A stretch of DNA of 64,000 nucleotides, taken from the NCBI RefSeq assembly GCF_964188315.1, contig NC_135660.1, positions 34,410,001 to 34,474,000 on the forward strand. The letters are read 5' to 3'. Source of the DNA: Podarcis muralis (lineage: Eukaryota). Within the stretch, counting starts at the first letter, position 1; the number at the start of each line of letters is the position of its first letter. This document shows positions 48,962 through 63,400 of the stretch, piece by piece. The translations under genes and the position numbers were made by a program. The notes beneath the pieces were generated by a model that was given only the letters and a program-made list of their open reading frames with translations, ran no database searches and was not told the DNA's origin.

Positions 48962-50194
48962 TTAAAAGCTGTATGCATGTGCCTAAAAACCCCAGTTGGG
49001 CTATAGATGCCTGTTAGAAGCACACAAGTGTTTGCGGTGCAATCCCTTTCATCTGCGAGGCATCTCTGCACTGGTATTTTTCACAAATGCAGCTGCTGTT
49101 GCTCAAAGGCCATGCTCTATTTCTTTAGCATGCAACTCTGCAACACTTCACTGCAATTAGTTATAATTATATGGGGAATGGGTGATGTTTGAAAGGTCAC
49201 ACATTGTTGGTTTTTTAACCCATGTAAATAGTCAGAGGCAGTAATGCTTCCGAATATCAGCTGCTGGAAACCACAATTAGGGGCCCTGACCAGCAGGCTC
49301 TCTTATGCTTTTAAATGTGTACACACCTGCACACTTATTTGCACAGAGGATGTGGTTGCCTTTTGCCTTTCTCCTCTCTAGGCACCTGCATAACTATTAA
49401 GGGCAGGGTTCGCCTAACAAATCCCATCAGCAGAAGCCCTGCACATGATGACAAGGACCAATCATATTAGGGGGTTTAGGGTGCCCTGCAATGATATGCT
49501 GCAAGTCACACATGTAGATAAATCTTTTACAATTTTTGAAAACAGCTTTATTTTCCTTATGAGTGAAAGTGCCATCAAACTTTTTATACCACTGTGATTA
49601 AAATTGGGAAGCATTGCCAAGATCCAGAACAAAATTGCTTCAGGGACAGCCAGCCGGCCAGCCCTGGTTGCATCAAGGGCAGTATAATTTATCTTCTGAG
49701 ATGCTCCTCATTATTTTTATTTTCTTAAATAAATTTGTTCTTGTTTCAAACCTAAAATTTGCTCGGCAGGCTTTGCAATGTTTATTGTACCCCATCCCTG
49801 AGATCTGAATATGTTTCCCCATTCACCAAAGTGGTTCCCCCCCCCCCTCCTAAGATGTCTTTCTGTCTCTGCAGGTATTCAATCTTCCCTTTCTTCATTT
49901 TTGATCAGCCCGTTTTTTTGTCATGGATCGGTAATTTAAAGGGTTTTCCAGATGGTTAAATGCTATTCATTGAAGAAGCTCAATAGCATGTTAATATATA
50001 TGTATGATGCTCTCTAGCCTCCAAATCTGTCATTTATTGAACTCAGATGGGATGCGATGGAGAGAAAAGTAGAAATTCTGTAGCAGCATAATGCTGAACA
50101 GCTGTGCTTGGAGTTGATAATTACTGTCCATGTTCAAAAAACGGTCAGTTGCAGTCCATCACTTAGGAAGGTTTTCACTTTTGGTAAAGGAGTA

Positions 50195-50805
50195 TTCATT
50201 TAAATATATTTTTATTATTTTCCTTCTTGAACAACATTTTCAGCATTATAGCATTACAATACCAAGCACAAAAACTCTCTGCTCTGCCAAGCATATGACT
50301 TCCCTCCTTCCTTTCAGCAGGTTTTCCATTTCAAATCCAATTGCGCAATTTAAATCTTCAACCTATTGTCCACATTGTAGGATTTATTTCAATCCTGCTA
50401 GTGTCTTCAACTTTTTGCAATTATTATTCAAATATACAATAAATTTACTCCAGTCCCTTTGGAATTTCTGATTGTCCTGGTCTTGAATCCTGCAAGTCAG
50501 TCTGGCCAGTTCTGCAAAGTCCATCATCTTTGCCTGCCACTCTGCAATGGTAGGTACCTCCTGTAACTTCCACTTTTGGGCCCATAAAGTTCTCGCTGCC
50601 ACTGTGGCATACATACATAGTCTTTGGTCTATCTTCGCAATTTCTTCACCCATCAAACCTAGCAAAAATGCTTCTGGTTTTTGGGGGAAGGTGTATCTAA
50701 ACATCTTTTTCAGTTCATTATAGATCAATTCCCAAAATGTTTTTACTGTATCACAAGTCCACCACATATGATAAAAGTCACTGTCTGATTCTTTGCATTT
50801 GGTTT
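50195..50805 (-). mobile_element. 5'-truncated L1 (ORF2 C-terminus and 3' UTR)
   Basis: KCK...FYHMWWTC...KPEAFLLG...YATVAARTLWAQKWK, homologous to the intact ORF2 end. Confidence 0.88.
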
Positions 50806-51155
50806 GGACAACAATGACCTAAGTTGAATTCCGTATCATGTAACATCAGTGTTTGTTTTCAGCCTTTCTATGATAGTCATAAAACCATTTTTGGTTAAGG
50901 ACAATTGAAAAATTGTCTTCCTGCCCCCTACTCTCTTGTTGCTAAAAACTTAGAGATGTTACTGAAGCTCAAAATTACCTTGGATCGACATGCAAATTTG
51001 AAATGTGCATCTGCAGTGCGAATTGCAGATTTCCCACACAAGTTCTTCTCTGGCTTGGAGTCAGAATCGTAGATTCATGGTGGAGGTTCATGGTGGAGCA
51101 CATGCTTTGTGTGGAGAAGACCCAGAAGATTCCTGCTTCAATCACTGGCATCTCT

Positions 51156-51426
51156 TTAGCCATCTTTAGCTATCTCACCCCTTGCTTTTTCCTGTAAGAC
51201 CAATTGCAGTCATTAACAGTCATCAACAGGTTTACCACACCTATCAGCCAATCACCCATTCCCACCACCCTTCTGAGTAATACCCCTCCCCACCCTCTCA
51301 CTATATATAAGGGTCTGGTGACTTCTGTTTCAGTGTATCTGAAGAAGTGTACATGCACGCGAAAGCTCATACCAATAACAAACTTAGCTGGTTTCTAAGG
51401 TGCTACTGGAAGGAATTTTTTTGTTT
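51156..51426 (+). mobile_element. Penelope-like element terminal fragment inserted into a tRNA SINE
   Basis: ctgaagaag...cgaaagctcatacc...taaggtgctac end motif, flanked by duplicated TGGCATCTCT (51146-51155, 51427-51436). Homologous to 63645-64000. The strand is nominal. Confidence 0.75.
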
Positions 51427-52214
51427 TGGCATCTCTAGTTAGTATTCGGAAAAACCTCTCTCTCTGTCTGAAATTCTGAAGAAACACTGACAGTGCAATT
51501 CAGCTTTCCCCAACATGGTGCTCTCCAGATGTTTTAGACTACAACTCCCATCATCTCTTAGAATTAGCCATGCTGTAGTAGTCCAAAACATCTGGAAGGT
51601 ACCATGTTGGGAAAGGCTGGTGTAGAACTGAGCTCGATGGGCCAATGATTTGACCTGGTTTAAGCCAAATTCTTATGTAAAATGAGATCCTGAGCAGGAA
51701 CAATCAGTGAGTTGTCAGCTACGGCTCAAACTTTCATTCATTTTTATCCAAGTCGTGGACACAAATTACAGCTCAGGCAGGTCTATGATTACCTTCGTAA
51801 AAGGTGAAAACTGGACGGAACTTTGAGAGGCAATTGAAAATTCACTGGAAAATGGAGTTGCTTATTGCCAAAAAAACCGTGACCAATTAAAAGACCTGAT
51901 CCATCATTATGAATCGGGAGACATTCTCACAAAGCAAATGAATTGTTCCCGAAAGCTCACCAAGGAAGCTTATAATATACCATGCTGATTCCTGACTGAG
52001 ATGAGGTGAGTTTGTCCATCACTAAGTAGCACATATAAACATGGGAGCTCATGCCTCATGGCAATTCCTCCAGTGCAGACACACATGACAGTTTTATCCA
52101 ATTGCAATTCCATTGATTTAGGTGTGAGCTCTTTTTGGAGAAAGGGTAGTCAGACTCAACCCCTTTCTTGCCATTTGGGATGAAATTTCAGGCCTGGGGT
52201 ACATTGATCAATGA

Positions 52215-52420
52215 CTACTAGCCATGACAGTGATGTTCTACCTCCACTGTCAGAGGCTGTCAGCCTCTGAATTCCAGTTGCTGGGAATCACAGATAGAGT
52301 GCTTTTGCACCCATCTCGCTTGCTGGCTTCCCATAGGCATCTGGTTAGCCAACGGTAACAACAGAATGTTGGGCTACATGTTTTTTGTCCTGATTTAGCA
52401 GGCTCTTCTGACATTCATAC
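52215..52420 (+). mobile_element. Old CR1 3' UTR fragment
   Basis: gtcagaggc...ctctgaattccagttgctggg...ggcttcccataggcatctggttagcca...gcaggctcttctgacattc. Confidence 0.55.
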
Positions 52421-55400
52421 AGCTGTTTCTTCTGAGAAGTAGTTGATTCTGATTTTATGTACCAAATATTTTCTCACTTCAGTCTTTGCCCCGAAAAAGT
52501 TGGAATTAAATATTTCAAGGAAGTGCTGTACAGTAGTTAGTACATTACACACAATCACCATGTCCAAGAACCATCACTTTAACTCCCACAATTTTCTGGG
52601 TTAAAAGAGTTCCAGGCTGATCCTCCCCCCCCCCCCCAATGTGTGATTCACATTGAAACGAGAGCTAAATTTCAACTAGATTACACTAGAATCCCAGAAG
52701 TGGCTTTTATGTTGTGTGAAAGCTAAAATATAATGCGAAAATTAACAGGGAAATGTTGGGGAAACAGAATAAACTGCCTTGTGAAAGAAGCCAAGGTATT
52801 ATAATATAGATATATATTTTTCACTCTTGACTTTTCGCTGGTCCTCCTTCCTGGTTTGCCCTTTGGACCTGATTTGCTCTTCAGTCCTGGCTTGCCTCAT
52901 GGCTCCAGGCTCACCGCAGACTGGTGCCAGCAGCCCAGCCCTGGCACATCCCAAGGGGACAGTGAAGATCCCACGAGACGGCACTGATGTACAAATAGGA
53001 ACAACTTTCTCTTCTGCTGACATGGAGATATCTGAGTCAAACTTTAGACAAGCTGTATTGTTTGACTAGAGGAAAGATAATTGTAGCTTATGCTAAAGGC
53101 CACAGGGAACTGGAAGGATTGAGGTTGGAAACACAAATATAAACAGGAGTGCTTTTAGAGCAGAGGAATTCTTGGCCATGAGAATAGTTCCACTGAAACA
53201 ACACAAAATAATCAACCAGGGAAAAGAACCAATTTTGAAGCCAATTGTACGCAAGAATCAGCAGTCCTCTTCCGATGACCTTCTGTCTGCTTCTATCAAA
53301 AACCTTATGAGATGACATTTTATCATGTATATATATAGGACCCCCATCTTCAGGCTATGGGATTTGCCACCGCAATAACAAGAAAAATTCTTAAGAACCA
53401 AAAATGTTATGGAATGCCAATGAAGCAAATATAGCATTTTACTAGTTTCATGAAGCACTTGAGGCTGCCTGCTTTACTCTGAGGAAAAGCCAGTATTTCA
53501 GCTGGCTAGGCAACAGCCACACAGCACAGTGATGAATGTCATGCTGATGGAAGGATCTCCATTCCTGAAACTAACAGACCATGGAATTACTATCCAACCT
53601 CACAACCATCATATAAACTGGGAGGGGGGCTAGCCCATAGTTCAGGGGCATGGATCAGCTGAAGTTACCCCCCTCCCCATTTTCTAAACAAATGCTGAGT
53701 TTTGAAGGCTATTTCACCAAAATGGGACTATTGAAAAACAAGAAAGAGATACAGCAATGGCATATTCATGTGAGCCCCAAGGTTTGCAGATGTAAAGGGG
53801 GGGGGACATCTTCAAGGGGTGGAATCTAAAAGAGCAGAGGCTCTCAAAAACACCCCAGTGAGGACCGAATATGATCAGTGCACACAGAAAATTGAGCTCA
53901 CATCTGCACAAAATTTTCACTCTTATACTACTTTACCAGTCATGCCTTTCCCAAAAGAATCACGGGAACTGTAGTTTAAGGGTGCCGACCTCACAGAGCC
54001 ACAGTTCCTAGCATCCTTAACGCACTAAAATTCTCAGGATTTCCCACAACCGTTAAAGTGGTATAAGAGTGCTTTAAAGAGAGTCCTGGGAGACCTGCTC
54101 CCAGCCTTGCTGGTATTTTCCTACCTGGCCTGGGAGGACAGGGCCCTGACTGACTCCAAGTACAAAAAGCTGAGGCAGCTGAACAGAATTTTGGGCTAGG
54201 GGTAAACTGTTTTTAATTGGTGTGGGTTTGTTGTTGTTGTTGCTGCTGCTGTTTTTATTGAGGGACGAAAGATGTTTCTGGGAGGAGAGCAACTGAGGAG
54301 AACTGTCCCCCCCCCCCCCAATTACAGAATAAAGAAATGCAAGTTGGTACAAATATATATGTATCTTAATTTCGCACACTTGTGGGATCTGAACTAGTGG
54401 TGAGTGACCATTTTATCTTTTACATATCTTATGGCCTTGTTTGCATGTTATGGCAAGCCATAGTCACTCTGTATAAATTATGGTTTACCACAACAAGCAG
54501 TGTGCCGGTGCGTGCTGTTCCATTGCACCTGCTGCCAGGCTGGCTTAGAATTATGCATAAACCAGCAGTCATGGTTTGCTTCCCTCAACCAAACCACAAG
54601 TAGTTAGCCAAGAACGTTGGATTCTGCTTGTGGGTTGTTTGGGAGATAAACCACCAGCCCTGGTTCACACAAAATGCTAAGCCAGGCACTCTGTGGTTTG
54701 TTTTGTGGCTAAGCAAATGGAGGAGCAAGACAGGCATGACTGAATAGTATCTACCAGCACCCTGCAAATTGTCAATAAACTACAGTTTATACCAGACTAT
54801 AGCTTACTGTGATGTGCAAACCAGGCCATTGCATCTCAGTGGCTCTCTGGAAGCAACAAAGGATGAATAAACCTCCTCAGATTTTTGCCTACATTTTCTC
54901 TCTTATATTATTATACTGCCCATCTGAATTATTGAGAAGGTCACCAGAATCGATGTGATAGTTCCACCTACTGCTTATAATTCTCTACAACATCACCATG
55001 AGGCCACAACATAAAATGTTTTGTTTTCTGTGCATAATTGTCCTCTAGAGTAGAAATTGATTCAAGTGGCTGTTAGTATGATTACAAAATCAAACCAATT
55101 CCCTTGAAACCTAGTGACTGTGCACTTAACAATATTGACTATCTACATTTAATGGTGTAAAAGGAGCTATGTGGCCAATAACCTCTGGAAAAAATCACCA
55201 TGGAACCAGAATTTAATTGCCTAATGATTTCTATTATATTTATGAAACTTCAATGCAGTAATCGAAGGAGTCATCATATAGGGAACATTTCTGAACACTG
55301 GTGACCTAAGTCTTTAATTTTAATTCATCTCAACTGAACACTGTAGAAGTAGAATTTAATTGTCTAATGATTTTCACTGTGTTCATGATAATTTAATGTG

Positions 55401-56344
55401 GCAATCTTAGGATTCGTATTATAGGAGAATGTTCCTGAACAAAAAAAGGACACCTAGTTGATTTATTTGTTATGGAGGGTTCTGCCAAACCCAGTTCTGC
55501 AGCCCAAACAACACTTCTGCTACAATATTGTTACATATATTTTCCATCTTACTACACTTTTATTGTTTCCACCAACTGAGCTGCTTTAGGGTTGTGCTGC
55601 AATACGAGTGTATGGTTTCTGTGTCCAGGCTTCCATGCCCTTTGATTGAGATACTCCTCACCCATGATGAAAATTGAAGGGTGCACCAGCCCATTGTACA
55701 GGTTGTCAGGAAGAAGCCATACGCATGGCAAATCCCAAACCCAAGATCTATATCTCAACAGTATCACCTTAACCCCTATATGCCCACTCCAATGCTTTGA
55801 TCTGTGGAGCAACACTTTTACCAGTGCCACATAATATTTGTCCTGCCACTGTGAAAAATCGATCTTTTAGCGTGGCAGCATCTATTCTCCGAACTCAAAA
55901 CGTTCTGTTTAGATAAGCTTACCCAGACATTATTACTTATTGCCGGTTGATTGATTATAAATGTTATATTGATTTTAAATATCATGGGCTATATATCCAG
56001 CAAAGTCAACCTATTTGCATAATGATTTTGGCTTGTGCAACAAAAATTCTCCCCTCTCTCTCCTCAGCCGGCATGCCCTTTAGTTCTGTTCTGAGCCCCC
56101 CCACCCCCCAACTCCCCAGAGCATATTCTGGCTTTATATATCAAACATTTTCTTGCTTCAGCGTTTGCCCTGGGGGGTTACAGGGAGCACAGAGAGAAAA
56201 ATTAATAAATAAGGGCGTGGGAAGTTCCATTGTGCATGTGAAAGTCTTTGTGCAGACAAGACAACTTCACTGAGTACAATCCAACATAATGCATTTTAAT
56301 ATTTTCTAGTGTTTTCAAGCCAGCTTGGGAACAAATATGTGTTG

Positions 56345-56565
56345 ATGGAGGGCTGTAGTCTGGTGAAACGGTTGCAGTGTCAGGCTAGAACCTGGGAGAC
56401 CAGGGTTTGAATCCCCAACTATCCTTGAAGCTGACTGGGTGACCTTGGGCCAGTCACTGCCTCACAGCCTAACCTACCTCACAGGGTTCTTGTGAGGATG
56501 AAATGCACATCACCTTGTGCTCCTTGGAGAAATGGGTGGGATATAAATGCAAGAAATAAATAAGC
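56345..56565 (+). mobile_element. MIR/CORE-type SINE
   Basis: ctagaacctgggagaccagggtttgaatccc...gtgaccttgggccagtcact...cctacctcacaggg, with an A-rich tail. Confidence 0.7.
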
Positions 56566-57871
56566 TTAAGAAAGTGACTACAAGTAACTGCATAGTAGCA
56601 TTTTTTAAAACAACAACAATAATGGACATAACTGGTGGAAGTTAATTGTTAAAGGATTGGGGGAGGGAGTTAATATATATTTTAGCCTTGGGAAGCAGTC
56701 ATTTAAAAACAAACAAATGCCTTGGGAAATATTTTTCAAATGATAAAGAAAAATGTTTCCAATTATATTTCAGTCACTAAATAATTTCAAATGATTTTGT
56801 CACTGCCCTAGGTGCCTTTTTGCTTGGACATTAAAATGTTTAAATAAAAAACTCCTGTACCACCCACTCAAATTCCAACGTGACTGAAATGTCCTGGGGA
56901 TGTCGTATGGGAGTCGGCTCCCTGTGATTTTAACTGTGAGGAACAAAGTATACAGGCAAATATTTTTCACTGGAGACTGAGAGCAATTCACATTGTAAAG
57001 ACCTGCATTAAACATGGGAGGTCTGGCATTACGTTTTTTTCCCTCAGATCCCAATGCAAAAAATAAAAACAAAAGTTTCAGTGCACTCACCATATCCCCT
57101 AGCAAACTCTTAACACATAATCCCCTCTCCATCGCTCAACAAGGGTGGCCTTGATAGGATCTGAAAGAATTTCAAGGTGTGTGCTGTGGGTTTGCATCTA
57201 AGAAAATAGAAAACAGATTGTCTTGCCACTGACTCCAGGTTCCCCTGCTTCAGTCCTGAATGCTGTATTGTGCAACTTAACGATTTCTCATCTGCTGGTT
57301 TCAATCAACTACAGATTGTATTTGAATATGACTCTGACTAGCAGTCCTCGCTTGATGTGCTGCGCATCAAATCTCAATTATTTTAATATTAGAACCTGCC
57401 TTCAATCCAATGATTGATAGTGGGATAAGCATTTTGAAGCTCAAAATCATGCAAGCATGTGGCTGTTCAAATTCAGTACTACTGCTCAACTCTGGTCTGT
57501 CCAAATCCTTGCAGAATTCAGGAAGGGAAGGGTTGGCATGTGATGGCTTTAAATGTTGGTAATTTAAACACATCTGTTTCATACTATATATAAATATATT
57601 AGCAAGGGCCCAAATAAATGCATGACTAGATCCACACACCTAAGGCGGCTATGGGCTTGTGTTTCTTGGATAGCAGGTCTATCATGGAAGCTTTAGAGCA
57701 GTGCTACTCAAAGTGGTGGTCAATGGACTGGTGCTGGTCCACAAGCCATTGGCCACAAAGATGCTCACTATCAGACAAGAGCAGAACAGTAACAGGAAAC
57801 TTCTGGCTCCATCTTGTGATTTAATATAGTGACATTATCCACATAGCATCCCTACACTGCATTGCAAACTA

Positions 57872-58295
57872 CCATATTTTTTGCTCCATAAGACGCACCT
57901 AGTTTTTAGAGGAGGAAAGGAGGAAAGCCCAATTTTGAGGGGGATCAGTTCACAGTTGTGCAGCTTCTTTTGCAAAGGGGAAAGCCCCGATTTTTTGAGG
58001 ATCAGCTCAAAGTTGTGCAGCTTCTTTTGCAAAGGGGTAAAGCCCCATTTCTTTAGGAAAGGAAAGGGAGCCATTTCTACAGTTTCCAGACAGATAATCT
58101 AACCAGCCAGTCACATGTCACTGGGGAAACAAACAGCCTCTGTCTGCAGGACATTCAACAATGGAGGCCTGGGCAAGGGGGCAGGGCCAGAAAGGGAGCC
58201 AGTGATTGACCACACATTTGCTCCATAAGATGCACAGACATTTCCCCTTACTTTTTAGGAGGAAAAAAGTGCGTCATATGGAGCGAAAAATACGG
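57872..58295. mobile_element. Tigger-like MITE with an internal ~59-bp tandem duplication
   Basis: TIRs ccatattttttgctccataagacgcac / gtgcgtcatatggagcgaaaaatacgg, TA flanks. Duplicated ggatcag...agttgtgcagcttcttttgcaaagggg. Confidence 0.85.
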
Positions 58296-59708
58296 TACTT
58301 TTGAACCTGCGAGGAGTTCCAAAAGCGGTTTGTGATATAAAAAAGGAAAGCAGGAACAAGCATTTTAAATCTCAGGGACGTGACAGTTGGGATGCCAGCC
58401 ATTTTACAAGACAGAATTTGGCAATAAAGAAGGTTCTGCAACATGAGGCGCTCTATGCTAGAGATGCGAGAATCTGTGACCCTCCCACCCATCAGCCCCA
58501 GCAAACATGGGCAATGGTTAGGGATGGTGGGAGCAAAGAAGTCCAACAACATCTGGAGGGGAACAACATCTACATGGGCACTTGATACTAATAAGTTGCT
58601 GTTGTGTGTGGCACCAACCTTTCAGTTGTCTACTACTGTGGATTAACTACTCAGAAGAATTCTTAGTTAAAAAGTGTACGCTGCTCCATTTTGAAATAAA
58701 ACTAATTGTGCCAGATTTCAGCCCCCAAATAATATCTTGATAATAGTGATAGAAAAAACCTCAATTTGTTTTTTAATTATGTATTTATTTATTTATTTAA
58801 CAAAATTGATATACTGCTTGACTGTAAGAAAACCTAGGTTTACAAAATCATAAAACAAAACATCAAAATTCTCCATAAAAGCCTGTTAAAAAAGGTATTT
58901 TTAAAAAATTCAAAGGATGGTTAAAATTAACAGTAGACTCTGTTCAACTATTTTCCTCCCTTGTCTGAAACTTTAGACCCATTTCTACTCCTAAAACTTG
59001 ACTCCTCATCCTTACCCTGTTGCTATCTAGATGCAAGTCCTGCCTCCTTTCTTTTTAATGTATTAAATAGGCATTTGGGGGAAACAATCCACTCTCAGCT
59101 TACTGTGTGCGCGTGAACTTCTGTAACGGGCTTTGATTTCACCCCTGCCTGAAACACACACCCTTAGCTGTTCAACTGTCTCTGTGGGCCTTCCTTGCAT
59201 AACTAGGAAAGTTTACTGCAGCAGCAGGAGGAGAGAATGTGAGCAGCTTGCACCAAATGGGCCAGATTACTTTTTATAAGGCTTTCTTCCCAAGACTCTC
59301 AACTGTTCTTCTGAAAGGAACGGAAGACTTTATGAAGCAAGAATGTTGAGTGTGAAGGGCTCTAAGGAGCTGGACGTTGTTTTTCTTTCTTTCATGTTTA
59401 TTTGCATGGAAACAAGGATATCTTCGCATAAGGAAAATAATGTCCTTTCAGTAACAAGTGGGATTTGCAATGAAAAAGGTTCTACTGTGGAATGTTCCTG
59501 TTCAGGATTCCAGTTACTCTCTTCCATTCGCCCTCCCCTTGTTTTCTGTTTAATAAGAATTTAATAAGAATTTTATTATTTATACAATGCCCTTCCTCCC
59601 CCCAACCCACAAAGCCCCACAAGCCCTCCTTTGGTATTTCGGCAAACCTTGGAAGTTCCTATAAGTCTGCCGCTCCTTTCCTCTCATGGTGGTGCCATTT
59701 TGGCTATA

Positions 59709-59960
59709 CAGCGGTACCTTGGTTTATGAACTTAATCCATTCCGGAAGTCCGTTCTTAAACCAAAGCGTTCTTAAACCAAGGCGTCCTTTCCCTTAGCAG
59801 CGGGGGACTCAATTTACAAATAGAACACACTCAACAGGAAGCAAAACTTGTTCTTATTCCAAGGCAAAGTTCACAAACCAAAACACTTACTTCCGGGTTT
59901 GCAATGTTCTTAATCCAAGTTGTTCATGAACTAAACTGCTCTTAAACCAAGCTACCACTG
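59709..59960. mobile_element. Tigger-like MITE (related subfamily)
   Basis: TA|cagcggtaccttggttt ... aaaccaagctaccactg|TA. Confidence 0.85.
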
Positions 59961-60151
59961 TATAAGCATTGTCACTCACACTCTGAACATTGGACATAGA
60001 GGGAATGAACACGATGCTGAAACCAGCAGTGAAGCAACAACAGCAAATAGTTGGATACTTAACAAAAGGACATTAGGCAGGTGGGACATGGAAAAAACTT
60101 ACAGAACAAATCATGAATTAAGGTGAGGCAAAAGCAAACAGACCTATTTAG

Positions 60152-60424
60152 TAATAATAATAATATAATAATTTATTATTTGTACCCCACCCATCTGGCT
60201 GGGCTTCCCCAGCCACTCTGGGCGGCTTCCAAAAAATAATAATATTAAAATACTCTAATACATCAAACATTAAAAGCTTCCCTGAACAGGGCTGCCTTCA
60301 GATGTCTTCTAAAAGTCTGGTAGTTGTTGTTCTCTTTGACATCTGGTGGGAGGGCGTTCCACAGGGAGGGCGCCACTACCGAGAAGGCCCTCTGCCTGGT
60401 TCCCTGTAACTTGGCTTCTCGCAG
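60152..60424 (-). mobile_element. 5'-truncated L2 LINE
   Basis: Reverse complement of the 3' part of 6371-6851, with an (AAT)n tail. Confidence 0.9.
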
Positions 60425-63400
60425 TGATTTAGAAAAGGGAGGCATTCCCATCAGGCTAAAAAAATAAAATAAAGCAACACATTGATACTGAGGAAGACTT
60501 TTCTTCTAACATCTTAGGACTTAGCTACATTAGTAAAGAAAAAAAATGTTTTATATGTGTTATAACACTGTGATACCAGATGACGCTGTGGAGTCCTGTC
60601 TTTTGCCAACCTTTTTTGATGTGTCTAGATCCCGGAATGAAAGCCAAGTGCTAAGAAAGTTGTAGAGGGATTTTTGACCTATCTTAACTGGTCATCTCAA
60701 TCACCATCTCTACAAGCAAACCAGTTTTGATCTGAATTGAGAGAAAAACAACAACCTTGCTATATTTTAAGCTTGTAATGTGTGCACAACCTTCCCCGTC
60801 CCCCACATCAATTCCGTTACCACACCATTCCGTGGCGAAGAAAACAAATGAGCACCCAAATCTGTGGAAACAAAGCATGTTATTCTGAAACAGCAAATTT
60901 CCAATTCAGTAATATATTCTGAGTGTGGAATGTCTCTGTTCTTGGCCTAGAATATGGACTTTCTTGTTGGAACATATAAATGGCACTCCACACATAGAAC
61001 TCCACAGAGATCCACTTATTAATGTTCCACACACGTATTGATGCTGACTTTGCCTCTTTCACAGCTGCATTGAATATCCCATTGCACTGTGCATAAGCGA
61101 CTTAGAAAGCATTAAGAATGATTGAGTTGTCGATGACAGTGTTCTAAATAGTAAAAAAAGTATTTTAATGCTGAATTACTGTGAGAACATACTAGTGCTT
61201 TTCCACGCTAGTGGTAATTGCAACATACTGCCCCGATATGTGGGAAACATTCAAACTATTTATTCTTGTAACACCCCTGTTACTTCAGCGATACGGCCTC
61301 AAGAACAAATATTTCAAGGATGGCAGCTTCAGTCATTACAATGCACAGTAACAATTGCACCGCCAATACATCAGCAATGATACTACTGCAAGAGTAAAAC
61401 TACTACATGTGTGAAAAGAATCTGGTTTTTCAAAAATCAGAACTTGCAGAGAGTGCCAGCTACCCACTGTAGCTCATGAATGACAGCACTAACATTCAAG
61501 CCAGCTTTTCTCATATAGTCTAATAATAACAGGAAGCAAAGTCTGTTGGGGAAATATATGAACAAAGATGTGTTGTCAATGTACATGGTACCCTCAGCTT
61601 TACCCTTGAACATGTGCAATTAATTTGGTGGTAGCTGGCCAGACTTGCTAGCTGAGATCCACCTTATGGAGGGGGGAAATAAGACAATGTTCTACCCAAA
61701 GCTGCCTCATGAGTTTTAAACAGGAGTGTGGGACCTTTGGCTGTCCAGATGTTGCCAGACCACAATTCCCATTATCCCTAATTATTGGCCATACTTGGCT
61801 AGAGATGATGGGATTTGGAGTCCAAAAACATCTGGAGGGCCACAAATTCCATATCCCTGGCTTAAGAGATGAATTCAGGATCCCCACCTTGAAATTCAAT
61901 ATGCAGTTAGTTACATTTCTATCCAACTCCTGTGTTATCCTTATACACAATGGAGTAGGTTGGGCTGAGAGACAGTGATTGGCCCAAGGTCACATAGTTG
62001 AGCTGCATAGATAAATGATTTGAACCAGGATCTTTTTGCTCCTAATCCAATATACTGACCACCAAACAACATTGACTCGCCTAACACTGGTCCAAGGTGT
62101 TTGTAGCTATAGGTCTAAGAATGCTTGTTTCCAAAGATTTGGTGTAGTGGTTAGTTAGTGTTGTCCTAGGCCCTGGGAGACCAGGGTTCAAATCTCCACT
62201 TCTCCATGAAGATGACCTTGGCACTGTCACAATCTCTCAGCCCAACCTTCCTTACAGGATTGTTGTGAACAGAAAAAGTGGAGGGCGAGAACCATGTACA
62301 CTACTTTGGAGGGAAGACGAGATATATGTGTTTGTTCAACAACATAGGGCTTTATTATGAGCTTAATCATGAAAACAGATCAGGCCAAAGTTAAGCAGAT
62401 TTCTTTTTCAGGTTATCTGATGTCGCACAGTTGAGACCTAGGGTGTCTAAAATTATTTTTGTTTGACTTTCCTAAATTAGTTTACATGGAGACAAGCCTC
62501 AATCAACTGAACTAGGCTAGCAAGTGTGTTTAGGATTCCAGTGTTTAATTGCTAATCATATTCCACCACCCTGGCTCAGCTTGTTCCTCCAATCCCAGAG
62601 TATCTAAACTTGTTTCTTCTTCACTTAATTTATAATCATATTACATGGGAACATAAGAAGCTACTTTGTGTTGAGTCAGAGCACTGGTCCATCTAGCCCT
62701 GTCAGTCCATCATCTACAATGATTTCCAGTGGTTCTCTGGGGTATCAGATGGCAGACATTCCCAGTCCTATCTGGAGTTGCCAGGGATTGAAACTGGGAC
62801 TTCTCTATGTAAAGTGGTCATCCACCTCTGACCTACCTCCCCAAAGGATATTCAACCATTTCAACTCAGTTCACTCTGTTCCTGTTACCTTGTATCATGC
62901 AGTCCAGATGTGTGTGTGTGTATGTGTGCGCACACACACACACCCATTATTTTAATGGGTCTTTTTCTGAGAATAACTTGAATATCACCCATAATTTGGA
63001 TCTTAGAAAGTGGAAGCATAAATGCATACTCTGAGATAGTGCTGCAGGGAACATTCCAGAAGAGGGCACCAAAGAGTAGTGTCAGGCACAAACATGGTGT
63101 CATTTGTCTTGCTTTCTGAGAGTATCCTATGGCCTTGAACAACCACACTTGGGTGAAAACAAAATGTATATATCCATAGGGAAAAAAATGAACCACACAC
63201 GTGTGAGCAAGGAATAAGCTAAATGCCATGTTCTAAGGAAACAGATAATTCTTATCAGAATTCAAGAACACAGAACTGTGTGCACCTGCCCCACCCAAAG
63301 GGGGCACATGTTGGGAAGAGGATTGCCTCAGATTTCATTGGGGGTTGTGGTCTCAACCAGCTACATCTTAGAAACTGAAAGAGAAGACATGTTTGAAGGG

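Noticed and set aside
52827-53069. 80-aa ORF following an acceptor-like site
   Set aside because: No recognisable homology or partner exons.
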